Shown: positions 37,639 to 52,645, numbered from the whole stretch's first letter. The stretch: 63,866 nt of DNA, filler included, from Octopus bimaculoides (GCF_001194135.2; 8 parts of 8 records of this genome joined end to end with filler, not necessarily neighbours in it); one strand, 5' to 3'. The notes: generated from the letters alone by a model not told the origin. Made by a program: numbers and translations.

Positions 37639-38034
37639 CACGTTCCCTCTCTCTTCTTTCTCTTGCTCTCCCTAGACTAGAAAAGTCTAAAATTATTTAT
37701 TTCGTAAAAACTAAAAACATTTTTAAAGACCCCCCCCCACACACACACACACCATATAATATTTCCAGTGCTTTCTCGAATTCTCACTTATCTACTTTTC
37801 AAAACCTATAATTGAAGTCTCTTTCTACGCTGAAAACTATTCGTTGAGGTTTGATTTGAGGAGATTTGGCCGCTATTTTTAGTAGACCAACAGACTACGC
37901 ACAGGTTCCATCACTGGCTTCATTTACAAATGGCTTTCATCGGTTTTAACGATGAGTTTTCAGTTGTTCGACCAACTGAACTTCCTCTGACCCTTATAAT
38001 TAACATGAAGTGGATGACGATGCTACATGTTCCC

Positions 38035-38248
38035 TTAATGTAACTCTTTCTTCCTGTTTCTGTTGTACCTGTATTTCAAAGGGCCATCCTTATCATAATC
38101 TGTATCACGCTGAATCTTCCCGAGAACTACGTTAAGGGTGCACGTGTCTGTGGAGTGCTCAGCCACTTGCATGTTAATTTCACGAACAGGCCGTTCCCTT
38201 GACTGGATCAACTGGAACCCTCGTCGTCGTAACTGACGAAGTGCCACG
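38035..38248 (+). mobile_element. SINE tail P (headless)
   Basis: Matches 14130-14243 and continues like the reverse complement of 13580-13680; followed by a microsatellite. Confidence 0.8.
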
Positions 38249-38269
38249 ATATATATATAATATATATAG

Positions 38270-38289
38270 AGAGAGATAGATAGAGAAAT

Positions 38290-38372
<83 letters not shown>

Positions 38373-38567
38373 GAAAGAGACAGACAGAGACAGACAGACA
38401 GACAGAGACAGACAGACAGAGACAGACAGACAGAGACAGACAGACAGAGACAGACAGACAGAGACAGACAGACAGAGAGAGAGAGACACAGAGAGAGAGA
38501 CAGAGAGAGAGAGATAGAGAGAGACACACACACACAAAGAGAGAGAGAAGCACACATACACACATAC

Positions 38568-38619
<52 letters not shown>

Positions 38620-38620
38620 T
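38270..38620. repeat. Compound (GA)/(GACA)/(GATA) microsatellite
   Basis: Directly visible. Confidence 0.95.
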
Positions 38621-39039
38621 GACAAAGTTGTGAATACCTCTATAAGTGTATGTGTACTCCTAGTTCACTTTTATTTCACTCCAAATAAACCCGCATCGCT
38701 TTTGTCTCCCATTTTTTCTTGTCTGATGTCTGTATCCTGTTATTTATTTTTTTTTCCCGGGCGGTGCGTCAGCATGGCCGCAGCTTTAAGCTAAAACTAT
38801 AAACAAACAAACCAGTTACACGCTTAAAGGGAGGTCACTGTGTTGTAAGGGAGAGAAGTTACGTCCCTTGAAACTTCCATAATTCTGCAAAACCTTGTTA
38901 TCTATATTTTACCATTTTTTGATGATCTAATTTAGTTTAGTAAAATTCCTTATTAATCAATATAGGGAGCTAGAATAGCTAATATATAAAATTCTTAGGC
39001 ACAGATGTGGAAACGTGATTGTATAAGCTGGATTTCGCA

Positions 39040-39730
39040 ACAGCAACAAACATAAATAATACAGTGCTGAAAAGTGAAGTGTGCAACATTGTACGAGTTG
39101 GCAGTGAACTCCTCCAGAAGCACTCCCTTCTTGATGATCTCCTCCCATACAGCCCCCAAAAAGCTAGGCTCTCTTACCTCAGAGAAGATCTGAATGGAAA
39201 GCACTCAGCAGACAATAAAAAGACTATGTATGAGTATGTTGCTTGAAGAAGACAGTAGAATTGACTCGAAGCGCAGCCCCTCTTGGATACAAGACCACAT
39301 CATATCACACTTTGAGGGCTATGCGTTTGCAATCCAGGAACAGGAGATTGCCACAAAGTACCTGGTGAACAAGAGAGACAGTGACTCTCTTGTAATCCCA
39401 AGGTGCAACCGCTTACCTTTCAAGTGCAACCGTAGCGTCATTATATATTCATTTATAGGTACAGGGAGCTCTTCCAACTTCTTAAGGATATCATATCAGA
39501 CTGCAAAACCAACACCAGCCTCTCTGCGCTCCTCCTTCTGCCTTCCCTTCCAAAAAAAGGTGTATCCACCTCCTACTTCCTCAAGCTGACCATCATCTTC
39601 TAGACGAGTCTCTGAGAGTGCAGCTATATCAATTTTATAACGGTTCAGCTCACGAGCAACAAGTGCAGGCCTACAATCACTCTTGTTGTCCAACAGGGTG
39701 CGCACATTCCAACATGAAATGTTTAAGTTC
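39040..39730 (-). mobile_element. RTE-clade LINE AP-endonuclease relic
   Basis: CWNVRTLL...ALVARELNRYKIDIAALSETRLEDDGQLEEVGGGYTFFWKG...REAGVGFA, then degenerate IMTLRL and LLEEFT...FTFQH; stops and frameshifts present. Confidence 0.85.
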
Positions 39731-39764
39731 CGTCCAGATTTTATAAATAAAAGACTCTTTGTTT

Positions 39765-39864
39765 NNNNNNNNNNNNNNNNNNNNNNNNNNNNNNNNNNNN
39801 NNNNNNNNTTAATTAATTAANNNNNNNNNNNNNNNNNNNNNNNNNNNNNNNNNNNNNNNNNNNN
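39765..39864. other. Artificial 100-bp scaffold join
   Basis: 44 N + TTAATTAATTAA (39809-39820) + 44 N. Confidence 0.95.
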
Positions 39865-39950
39865 AAAAACTCTACAGTTGTATTTTGTCCCCTCTATGTT
39901 GAGCCCTGTGTGGCTAATAAAGAAACATATCTATCTATCTATCTATCTAC

Positions 39951-39984
<34 letters not shown>

Positions 39985-40060
39985 GTCTGTCTATATATCT
40001 GTCTTTCTGACTGTGTGTCTATTTATCATCTATCTATCTACCTATCTATATTTATTTCTA

Positions 40061-40328
40061 ATTATTTAAAATTATAATTTAGGGTATGTAAGAGATACCG
40101 CCATGCTGAAAATAGCAGTCAAATCTTGACTCTAAACCACAATAAATGTTCATATATCACCAGGAGCGAAGACGAGGAGACAAAATAAACTATTGGTAGT
40201 TTATTTTATCTCTTCGTCTCCCCTCCTGGTGCTATATGAACATTTATTGTGGTTTAGAGTCAATATTTGACTGCTATTTTCAGCGTGGCCGTATCTCTTA
40301 GATACCTTAAATTAAAATTTTAAATAAT
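40061..40328. repeat. 268-bp palindrome (132-bp arms, 4-nt loop TTGG)
   Basis: Arms 40061-40192 and 40197-40328; 11 mismatches by manual count and no indels. Confidence 0.95.
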
Positions 40329-41352
40329 TTTTACCTTTGATGGTTTTTAATCACATGCTGGGCACTTGATAAAATCGATATTTAAATATCGATCTTATCC
40401 TTATTTATATAAATATATATTTATTTCTATTTATATATGTATATATAGACCTGCCTAGGCTGGTCAATTGCAGTTCGTCTTACCGAGATATTTATTTACT
40501 GAGCGAGCTCTGACTTTAGGTTTATTTGAACGAAAACAACGAAGGAAGAAGTTACAAGCCTTAAATAAGAAAAAAATATTGTAAATATACTCCTTGGTAC
40601 CTCACAGGATAAACACGCATTTTGCCTGCTATTCATTCCGCCATGTATTTCTTCGCATTTCTGGGTTTATATTTATGTGTATGTATTGCATATATCAAGC
40701 GAAAATCCCACCGGTATGGCGAAAGCTTATCAAGTTGTGTCAAAACCATGAATAGTCATTGTCACGCCCTCTAACTGTAAGAACAAAATTTGCATATATC
40801 GTTTAGTACAAGGTTCTGAATCAAAAGTTAACTGCCTTTAGCACGTTTTTGCACTTTTATTTCGGCTCCCTTTTCAAGAATTGAAATTCATATATATTTT
40901 TTTTCTCAATTTGAAAGCAATACAAAATAACCTAGACGAAATTTATTCCTTTCAAACATTTCAGGCAATATTACTTGTCAGCTATAATGATTCAATATAG
41001 AATTATTATAGAACGTTCACGTGGCATACAAGTAAAGACCCAATTCTTTGTTTAGCTACACAGAAATATATTTCGTTTTATTATTCTGCTGAATTGGATG
41101 TTCGCTTTGTCCTTTACCTTTGAAATTTACAGCTTTTTTTTATCAATCGTTTACTCTTTCATTATTTAGCTTTATATAATACTCGCGCGCGCGCAGACAT
41201 TCATACACACATTTATAAATATATTTATAAATACGCTCATACACGCACTAACACATATATTCGCCTATATGCATAGGTATGTACATATGCGTGTTCGTAC
41301 ATGTATATATGTATATGAATGTATATATACGTATATCTGTACATATAAACAT

Positions 41353-41393
<41 letters not shown>

Positions 41394-41403
41394 ATACATA
41401 TAT

Positions 41404-41436
<33 letters not shown>

Positions 41437-42949
41437 NNNNNNNNNNNNNNNNNNNNNNNNNNNNNNNNNNNNNNNNNNNNNNNNNNNNNNNNNNNNNNNN
41501 NNNNNNNNNNNNNNNNNNNNNNNNNNNNNNNNNNNNNNNNNACACATGCATATAAAAGTGTATATGTGCTTGTCATTTTTTATCCTCTCGATATTTCCGC
41601 CTTCATTATATTTTACTTCATTGAATGCTGTCTTTCTATATAAAGGAAACACATTTACAACAGACAAAAAATGTAAAGAAAGATAAAAACTAAGATGAAT
41701 TTTAACTAAGATTTCTTTTCCATGCTATTTCATGCAAACAAAGAATTCGGTCATCTATTCGTTATTTCATTACGGTGGGGTTCATATAATTATTTCTTTA
41801 GACAACGTTACCAACCTTTTTCTTAAAGACAAGTTAAAATCAAATAACGTCAAATAAAACATACAAATATAATAGAGTTGGTTGCCATTTATTTCGATAT
41901 TTTTCATTTCTTTTTATCATTTTTATTTTTATTTACAATTTTTATTTTTGAATTTATTATCCAATCATTATGTGCCTTCTGTAATATCTTTCTCCCTTAT
42001 TACGTCTCCAATCTTTTCTCTCTCCCGCTTTTTATTATTATATTAGGCATGAAAATGATGTCCTTATAGAAAGCTAATTTCAAAGCAACGTCTCGTTAGT
42101 GCTATTGCTTTAGGTTTCTATACATTTATTACTAACCTAAGCAGATCCTAATGTTTACAGAATTAAAAACAGCAGAAATATTAGAAGTACGGTAGGAAAA
42201 AATCGCATAAAAATGAAAATGTGATGAACAACGTAGTTTCTTTCAAGCATTCGCTCCAATATTGGAAGAAAATGGTCGGTGAAAAATGTAATAAAATGTT
42301 CTTTGTTTATGCACGAAGCCAGTTCTAAGGAGTAATTGTATGGGATAATTGACTGATTTTATCAATGTTTATATTACTAGTAAGCAATTCATCAACCCCA
42401 TAGATGTTAAAGATAAACCATTTCTGGAGATGTGTGATTTTGAATAATGATTAACTCTTCGAAGTACCATTAAGCATTTCGTCCACCATTTTTCTTTTGC
42501 AACCAACTTATCAGTCAACAAAAATTATCAAACGATAATTTCATTCACCATCTTTATTAGCAACAACAGGTTAGTTAATGGTAATATATTTGATGCAATG
42601 ATTTTCCAGCATCTAATTATCAAATATTGTAGTAAAGCAAAGAAGAGCAAAACTTTATTACCCATGAAGTTCCGTGTATTTCTGCAGATTTAATATTCGG
42701 ACCTTCTTCAGTGTTATACACAGGAGTCATTGAGTGTTCGAGTCTAACAACATTCACCCTTACCAGGCAACCCCACCTTTGTTGATCAAGCCTAGGCCTT
42801 TGTTCAAGCGGCACTCAAGTGCTTTCTGTGCTGTTGCTAATTTTTTTAATGATGACTATTATTCTCATTTGCATAAAGTATGTATAGGTCTTACGAAGGG
42901 AACAACCTGCGAATCATCGACTGTCTGCTCACCACTACTGGTAGACACT

Positions 42950-44130
42950 TACTGCTTAACCCGTTCCTACATCAATTCAGCCCCAACTCCTGGTAAACAT
43001 TTGGTCCTTGAACCGTTTCTACATGAATTCTCTCCCAGTTCCTGATAATTTGCTCTATCCGTTCTTTTTTACTATGTTACGATTTACTAATATTGATGAA
43101 CTGCTTTGTTGCAGCAGAAACCAAGATGACGTGTGATATCACAGGCTATAGGGAGATAGTGGAATCAAATTACATTGCTTCTCTTGATGAACTCACATTA
43201 CTCAGTCATGTGTTAAAGATAAGAAGCCATCTGAGTTGTTCTTCTGGGTTTTGTTTGGTCTCTCTCCCTTCTTGGTTAAGGATAACTACCCAGCTGTATG
43301 GTGACCGTTCCTGTGGCAGCTGATTTATTTTGTTTATTTCATTGGCGATGGTTTTGTTAACCTCATATTATCTCCAGCGATAATGTTCCTCGCTCAATGC
43401 CATGGAGCAGCTCCCATGACATGTTTTAGAATCCCTAAATTAGAAAATTGGGGTCTTGCAGATGTTTGCACTATGCTCAATGTAAATCGGTTGGGTGGAT
43501 CAAAAGTTTGATCCTCTTGTGAATTCCACTTCCATATGTTCTACTAAATGTCATTCAGTTTCAACAACTGCTTCCACTTCACCCAGATCCTCTATTTTTG
43601 CATTGCCGTCGCTCCACTTCTAATTCCTTCTACCATTGTCTCTTGCACCACGTTCTACAGCAGTTTGTGTAGCTCCTCCTATCTGTCAACAGATTTTGAT
43701 CTCCCGAGTTCAGCCCTGTCCAGGACCATATATTCAGGTAGTGTATTTTGTTTCAGCCGCTTCACAAACTCCTGCAATGCTACGGCTGTCTCCAGATTTC
43801 TCTGTGTCCTTTCGGCGATCCCTTTACTTCGGTACTCTTGAATGGTGTTCTGTAGGAATTCTCGAGATCGTGATATGAATCCATTTCTGACAGATGTAAA
43901 CGGATTCCTGAGGTCTTTATTGCTCCTGTACAGATGAATATACCTCAAGTCGCGTGGCAATCCTACGTATCTGCAAAGAGAGCTACGCATCTTGTCCTCA
44001 AAATTCTCTACTACAGTTATGGAAACTTCATTGTTGAAATGTCTTCGGTGGATCCTATACTGGTAGAACCTGACTTTGACTCTTTGAGGTACTTCAGAGT
44101 TGCCTACTGCTCTGAAGGATTAATCTAGGT
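42950..44130 (-). mobile_element. Degenerate R4-like LINE, N-terminal region
   Basis: Non-repetitive block with broken ORFs; near 43000 a one-base frameshift restores KRFKDQMFYQELG, similar to the xFxxxQKxFYxELG motif upstream of R4-type RT. Confidence 0.4.
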
Positions 44131-45247
44131 CAGCTATGGCCATCTTTTAGATTAGAATTTTAACATTTTAAATTTGAATTTTTCGGCAAAACTCAATCGA
44201 CCATGCAATTTATGCTATTGACGCATGAAAAAAAGTCAGTACGATCGGAGATTATAAGATGAAAGTTTTAGAATCGTGTTTCCTGCAAAACTTGTTATTG
44301 TTTATGAGTACAATGTTTTAAAAGGTGGATAAATTAAAGAAAGAGTTATGTCTCAAGCTACTGCTATCTAGCACCTTAAGATGATGTCTACTCAACCGCT
44401 ACACGGAAGCTACTCAACCGTCAGTCCTCTGTAAGCCAACCGCTACCACGGTCAGACTACCTCTGTTTATATGTCTTGGTTGAGCCTACTTCTTCGCTTG
44501 GAGGCGTCGACACAACAGAATGCAAGTTATATGGAACATAATACTTCAGAGACGGCAATGATATAAATCCAAAAGAGCTCGGCAGTAATTTAAGTACTTA
44601 GGAAATCTCTCAACTATCTCGCCTACCTGCCATCTGACACGCGACACTTTCCGTGTTCATAAGGTGACAAATAATCTCAGTCTTGACCAACCATAGCATT
44701 GCAGCATGATCGCAGGCAACTAATTTTACTCAATGAATTATTTCATATAGCTATAAATACCACCGCTAGAGATGCAGCTCTCTCTGCACCAATAAAAATA
44801 GCCGGGAATTTCAATAGTTTACGATTTCATTGCATATCCAACTCAAGTATCTGTGTCAGTATAGTTATAAAGAAAATAGTAGCGATTTTTTTTTCCAATA
44901 ATCAAAGAACTCGTTTACTAATAATTAAATTCTTTAGTAGCATAATATTCACTGAAAATCAGACGCAGTTACTTTTTTGTATGGAAACCAACCACGAACT
45001 ATAAAAATGAAATTGAACATCCAGAACAAAAACAACAGCAGCAAAAGACAAAGAGAACAGCTCGCATATTCGTGGTCTACCAGACTTCTCTAAAATAACA
45101 CCTGAGCGAACAAGACTTATGAAAAGCAAACTTGAAGGCCGCTTTGTTTTGCTTCTTATTTCTTAGTTTGAATTACAGAAATCACGCGCTGCCATGGGTT
45201 AGCGAAACATCATGTTCTGGTGTTTATCTATCTATCTATCTCTCTAT

Positions 45248-45560
<313 letters not shown>

Positions 45561-48500
45561 AGATATTGTTGAGGTTCAGTCGAAAGTTCAATGGCGTACC
45601 AGCTCCTGCAAGTAAATGCTATGAAATTTGCTAAATATATTGACTGTTGAAAAACCTTGCATCGAACGTTTAATTATCGATCCGAAATAGTTTAATGTGA
45701 CTTTTATATTTGCCAGCATTCAGTCCATGTACTGACGTTTAACTGGCGTTTTACACCAATACAATATATTGCAATAATTGGTATGCTGCAGTTGTCGGTG
45801 ATGTTGCTACATATTCCTGACGTTACTACAGATGCGAGAATGATTATCGTTATTGCCAAAATCAACTTCATCATTAATTAAACCATTTCTGATTAACGGA
45901 TTTCCCCTTCAAGTACAGAGGCTAACGATAAAGGTTATCGATAAATTATTTTGATATATTTATCCTGAATACATATAAAGTGATTGTGTCACAATTGCTT
46001 CTTTCCTATTCATGATTTTAATCGTCAATACTTTCATTATTTGAACGTTTCTTTTATTACCCTTTTGTCTTTTATCCTTAAAAAATCTGTATGTGGGTGT
46101 TTGGCCGGTGGGGTTTGTTGGATTGAAAGGGTGAATCTACGATACATATGTTTTAAAGTACTGCCTTACATCCATTTACGTACAATGTCCAAAATAAAAA
46201 TGTGACATCTTGAATCGATGAAATATCTATCAAATCAATCACTAATGCCTATATAATCGATTATAATCCTTCTTATCAAATATGTGCCAGTTTGTCTATT
46301 TTATAAAATAAACTTTCACTATTCATATTCTCTCATTGCTAGTATTAAAAAATAATCACTCTATTCTCAGAGTTTTATTAAAACACGGTTTCATGTAATT
46401 TGTACTTCCTAATTTTTACTTAAATATTTTGTAAGACTCCGATGGTGTTCCTTTAGTTCGAAGTCAATTAATAAATTAATTCAACTTCTGTACATAAATC
46501 GATGCAATCATCTTCAAACTTACATGAAAAAGTGATTTTAAAGAATGAGTATATATATATATATATATGAACTGAAGGGTGATGTATTCCCAGATTAGTA
46601 AAAGTGTCGAACAACATAGTGTCCTCCAGAAATTCTCACTTTTCTGGATTCAAATGCCGCTGGGGTTAACTTTGGTTTTCATTATTTCTGAGTTGATTCA
46701 TTTAATACTAAGAAAATTCAGCATATTAGTGGAAATAACTACGGACTAGATATTTGCAGTATTTCATCCGGCTCTTTTTCCTTCTCAGTTTAAATCCACG
46801 CATGAACTAATTGGTTGGTAAACTAAACCTGCCACTTGGATTAATATCACCAACAGTTACACTGGATTATGTTTCAAGCATTCACCATATGTTTTCGGTA
46901 TAAGAATAGCTACATCTACCGCTCTCATTTGTCACTAGAGTCCTATAAATGTTCATGGTCAGTGATTTCGTTCTCAAGTGAATGATACAAAAAAGAATAT
47001 ACTGTATATAATCTATATAAGTATATAAATTTCCTTTTACTCACAAATGTTTATTTCCATGAAAACAAGCATCTGAATGGTATGGACTTATCCATCGTCT
47101 CTATATAAAGTTTTATGCATGCGTCAAGTGATATTTGTCACTATAAGTACTGTGCGTGTACTAGTGTCTATATGGTAAATGAGCGAAAATAATGCATAAT
47201 AATTTGCATTTGATAGAACCACTTTACGAACATAGTTCGCGTTCATACATTTTACACATACATTGTTGTTTTGTAAGAATACCAACCAAAAAGTAATTGG
47301 AACTCCGGTTATGGACTACATCACGTTTTATATATGATCATGTAGAAATTGATTGCCATATACATAAAACAGTTAATTACAGTAATAACACATGATCAAA
47401 TGTTTCACTGCACGTAAAATAAATACCTTATCTCACCGATGTCACAGGAAATTAACTAAAAACTCACTGTGATCTTTCGAAGCATAATTGTCTCCTGTTC
47501 TATTAATTTAGATATTCATAGTTAATTGATTGAGTTTACAGACGAGGAATGTCGATGCGATTTAAAATTCATTTGCAAATAATTTCACTCCGCCCGTATC
47601 ACTATAATTCTTAAAAGCGCATCCTTTACTGTGTGCACTATGATGGCAGATCAGAAATGCTTAAAAAAATACAAGTAGTCGACGTCAATCGACCCATTTT
47701 GATAAGGTGTCAACTATTGGTTGAAACACAATTTACGTTGCACTATACATTACTTCAAGATATTACGATTCGTAATATCCACCATCGCTATATTCCTCAG
47801 AGGTATTGTTGGTGTGTATTAATTTTTTAAGTGGTTGTTCAGCGAGGCAGATATGTTGTATAGTTTCCTTTTTAATAATGGGTCTTTCCTTAAACAGAAC
47901 TCAATTATGTAGCGACAGAAAATAGTCTACAATGTTTATCAAATTATATTACTAGAAATAATCTTATAAACTATATAGTGATAAGATGAAAGTCAACAGC
48001 AAAGATTTTACTTAAACGTATACATGGGAATAATGAATAAAAACTTTTTATGCACAAGTTTTATTAAATTGCCGGACGTTTCCTTTCTAATACTGACTTA
48101 AACCCATGTTAGTGTAGATGGGAGGGTATTAGCCCGAAGCGACTTACGAAATTACGTTTCTCTTACTTATCCAGCCGAAAGCAATGAAGGTAAGCTTCAG
48201 CTACAGTAGGTAAAAGACAGAAAGCAGAACAGATATAATATTAGGTACATGCAGTAACAGAAATTGTGCCAAATTCGTTAAGATAGATGCATTACCAATA
48301 TCGTTTGAAATTATTCAATTAAGAGGCGATTAAGTTTCTTGTGATGTTTGGCTACAACATCTATTTCCAGTTCTACGTTCATCTATAATCCAAGTAATGT
48401 AGGGTCAGTGAACGCAGTTATCAATTATTATGGGAAACATTTGTTGTGGTGTACTTTCTTTTGTTTTTTGAATTCTGAGAAATAAAACTTCTCTCTCACT

Positions 48501-49163
48501 CCACACCACAGACACACTCACACGCACACTCACACACACACACACACACACACACGTACACTCATATACACACACAAACACACACAAACAAACACATACG
48601 CATACACACACATACTCTCACACACTCACATACATACAAACACACACAAACACTCACACATACACAAACGCACGCGAATACACAAACAAACACATATGTG
48701 TATATAGTATACCGTTCTGCGAAGGTAAGATCAACAAAAAATAAAGTTCATCTGGTGAGAGATATATATTACTTAATAAACATATATATATATATATGTA
48801 TTTATATACAAGAATAAGGGCAGAGAATCGTCAATTAATAATAGAATTAACAATTAACAATTCTGCCAAGTAGTTCAGTATGAAAAAAACCTTTATCGGT
48901 AAAACTATTTATCATTAGCCTGAACTCGCTAGCCGATGAATTCGTAAGTGCCTTTCTTATCGTTGATTTTTGGTGTCGCATGGCCAAAGATTACCGTGAA
49001 TTTTTTTAGAGACACTTTCAAATTTATCAGAATATTGAGGCTGAAGATTGGAATAGTGAAATTTCCATTCACTTAACCATGAAACGATTCGTATCCAATT
49101 AACTAAAATCTTGGTTTGTTTACGCTTTTCCCTCCGGTTGTTTGCTCTATGTGTGCCATAAAT

Positions 49164-49263
49164 NNNNNNNNNNNNNNNNNNNNNNNNNNNNNNNNNNNNN
49201 NNNNNNNTTAATTAATTAANNNNNNNNNNNNNNNNNNNNNNNNNNNNNNNNNNNNNNNNNNNN
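49164..49263. other. Artificial 100-bp scaffold join
   Basis: Motif at 49208-49219. Confidence 0.95.
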
Positions 49264-49360
49264 ATATATATATATATATATAGGTACTGTAAGTTTAGAG
49301 GTAATACTTGATAAGTGTAAGCACTTGTATATGCCAGATAGTGGCAGAGGTGAAAGAATA

Positions 49361-49616
49361 TATCAAACATAAATTAAGAACAGAACACAAAGGATATCGC
49401 GGTGCACGTGTTTCGAGCTTTATAAACAATCTGTCATTACATCAGTATATGGGTATTGTTGATATAAAAGATGGTTTAAAGCTATCTTCAGCCGCAGCTT
49501 TAAACCATCTTTTATATCAACAATATACCTATACTGCTGTAATGACATTGTTTATAAAGCTTGAAACACGTATACCACGATTTGCTTTGTTTTCTGTTTT
49601 CAATTTATGTTTGATG
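49361..49616. repeat. ~256-bp palindrome (~122-bp arms, 12-nt loop)
   Basis: Arms 49361-49483 and 49496-49616; inner ~25 bp perfect, outer part diverged, one 2-nt indel. Confidence 0.9.
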
Positions 49617-50769
49617 TATATATATATATATATTTATATATCCGCCTACTGAGATAGAATGAAAACACTTATCATTATAGCATAAAATTGAACACTATCA
49701 CTAACTACTTAGTCATGATTAACATAAGCGAAACCAGTCGGCTATTTGAATAATTCATTCCACACACACACATACACACGCACACAAACACACACATACA
49801 CTGATACACCTACATATATATATATATATGGGTGTGTGTGTGTGTGTGTGTGTATATGTTTTTGTGTGTATTTATATATGTACGAGGCAGGGTGCGGAAA
49901 ATTCTTGGCTTGGGGTATGTATCTAACAAGAAATTTTATTATTATAATCGGCGGATTGGCAGAACTGTTGCAGTGTCGGGAAAAATACGTTCTGGCATTT
50001 AGCTACAACTCTTGAGGTTCCGAGCTCAAATTCTGTCGTGGTCAACTTTCCCTTTCATCATTTCACGTTCGATAAAATAAAGCATCCGTAAAACAAAGTA
50101 CCCGTAAAATAAATTACCCGTCAAGTACTCTATACGACTTCCTTTGTTAACCCCGTAAGGTAAGGAACTATTTTGAATCGAGTTTTTCAAACATTGACTG
50201 CTGGGTTCATGAAAGCGTTGTTTATAAGAATAACAACATAACAAATAATTATATACCTATATATATATATATATACATATATGCATAGAAATTCCTACCC
50301 AAAATATTGACAACAGTGAAAAACTTGTGGCAGTAACTGCAGTATTTTACGTTGATAGAGGCATGGTGTTAGGTCAAATAAAAGTTCCTATGTTACAAGT
50401 GGAGGTGGAAACACTGTTCCCCCAAACCGAAAATTTTAACATCAATGGTCTCTCTCTATTTCCCTTGTTCTAGTAAATAAGTGCTACAAATCCTCAAAGA
50501 CTGATAAAAATATATCATACAAAGGTACTGCGAATAAGGGTAACGTAACCAAAGAATTGTACAACAGACTTTAAAAAGATATTCTTACTCAAACATCATT
50601 TATCAAGTGCAGATATAATAGTAATAATATAGTTATTTCGGGTATAAAGATAAAAGGCTTGTTGAGTCAGAAAGGCTGGTTGACCTGCAGATGAGCAAAT
50701 CTCTTTTGAAAATAGCAAAAAGTTGGTTATGGACAATTATTTCAAAACCTGGAACTCTCTTACTCAATG

Positions 50770-50850
50770 AATACAGTGAATAATAAAATTTCTGCCATTC
50801 CAATAATCGTTGGTGTATTCGGTTATGTTTCTAAAAATCTAACGTTAAAA
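50770..50850 (+). mobile_element. RLE-type LINE C-terminal relic
   Basis: Translates AIPIIVGVFGYVSKNL, similar to TIPIIVGALGIIKK at 62.6 kb. Confidence 0.3.
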
Positions 50851-52185
50851 GTGGAGGATGAAGTTTCAACGAAAGGAAGAGACTGGTAAATATATTTTAT
50901 AGATTTAATCTGAAACTGGAACAATGAAAATAAGCAACACACTCTTAAAGTAACAGTCATTGTCGTTGTTATTCAAATTCTAGGGATGAAGCATTTCTTT
51001 CTTTACTAGCAACCAGTTTCTCCATTCTAGAAACATTTCCAATAAATATCAAGAAGAAAAAAAGGACATCCGTCCATCCATTCATGTATTGCGCGCACGC
51101 GCATATATATATATGTATGTATACACACATGCCTATATACACAGTTACACGTATATTTACATAAGATGCACTCCGAGATAAAAATAGTCTGTGGTGGAGA
51201 GAAACTGTACCTTCAATTCCTTTCTTATATATATATATATATNNNNNNNNNNNNNNNNNNNNNNNNNNNNNNNNNNNNNNNNNNNNNNNNNNNNNNNNNN
51301 NNNNNNNNNNNNNNNNNNNNNNNNNNNNNNNNNNNNNNNNNNNCATATATATATATATATATATTCCTTCACATACACGTATTCTGCATGGTAAATCATC
51401 ACTCTATTAGAGACATCATATCCGTCATATTAGTTAATCTCTCATCTTTCTCCCCTTCTCGCTTTCTCTCTCCCATTCTCTCTCTTTACTCTGTTTTTCT
51501 CTCTTTTCCTACGATTCTCCACCTCTGTTCCTCCCCCTCCCGTTTTTATATCATTTTTAGCCATTTTTAGCAATGGCGTACAAACACACATTCACATATC
51601 TTCACACATACATGTACACACGCATATTCACCCCATACCACAATCTAATATTCACACACTTTCATATACTCCTACGCACATATATACACACGCACACATT
51701 TCTCCCCCACCCTCTCGTAACTATTATCCGTGTCTCATTTCCTCCGCCCTCATCTTTTAAAGTCTTTTATTTCTACAGTTTTCACATTAAGATCAACACG
51801 AGACTTCTCAAACGTGTTCGTCCATTTATAATCGAGGCGAAACACATTTGGAAACCACTCCAGACTCTGAGTAGGTTATCGAAATCACGTCAGGAGCTTT
51901 TGGAATCGCTATTAAATTTATAATATCGGAGCTGTTATCACTAAGTGGTCTGTAGTTTTCTTTCCACTAATGTAATACTGTTAGAGCTGTACGAAGTGTA
52001 TAAAGTATTAAAATATAAAAGAAATCAATATATGACAGAATTCGTTATACTTTTCTTTCAATCTTTTCCGTCTTTCGCTCAATCATTGTTTCTGTATTAC
52101 TTTTATTGGTCATTTTTGCATTCAGCCGATTGATATATTTTTTTTAACTATCATCTATTTATATATATATAGTATCTTGTCTGTC

Positions 52186-52285
52186 NNNNNNNNNNNNNNN
52201 NNNNNNNNNNNNNNNNNNNNNNNNNNNNNTTAATTAATTAANNNNNNNNNNNNNNNNNNNNNNNNNNNNNNNNNNNNNNNNNNNN
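52186..52285. other. Artificial 100-bp scaffold join
   Basis: Motif at 52230-52241. Confidence 0.95.
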
Positions 52286-52295
52286 AGTGTTCTTG

Positions 52296-52645
52296 TGATT
52301 GGTGGTGGTAGTGGTAGAATTGTAGAAGTGATGTTCTTGCTGCTGCTGCTGGTGGAGATAGTGTTGATGGTAATATTGGCGAAGTGTAAAGATGTATTAG
52401 GTGGTGTGGTGGAGGTGGTGATAGTGGTGGTGGTGCTGCTGATGCTCATAGTGGTGGTGGTGGCAGTGGTTGTGGTAGTAGTGGTGGTGGTGATGGTGGT
52501 AGTGGTGGTGGTAGTGGGGGTAGCTGTAGTGAGAGTTGTGGTGGTGGTAGTGGTGGTGGCGGTAGTGTTGGTAGTGGTGGTGGTAGTAGTGGTGGTGGTA
52601 GCGGTGGTGTTGGTGGTGTAAGTGGTGGTAGTTGTGGTGGTAGCA
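52296..52645. repeat. Degenerate (GTG/GTA)n trinucleotide tract
   Basis: Directly visible; the poly-Val and poly-Pro ORFs here are by-products. Confidence 0.9.

Noticed and set aside
49308-49652. 114-aa ORF
   Set aside because: It lies across the AT-rich palindrome; no recognisable motifs or splice signals.
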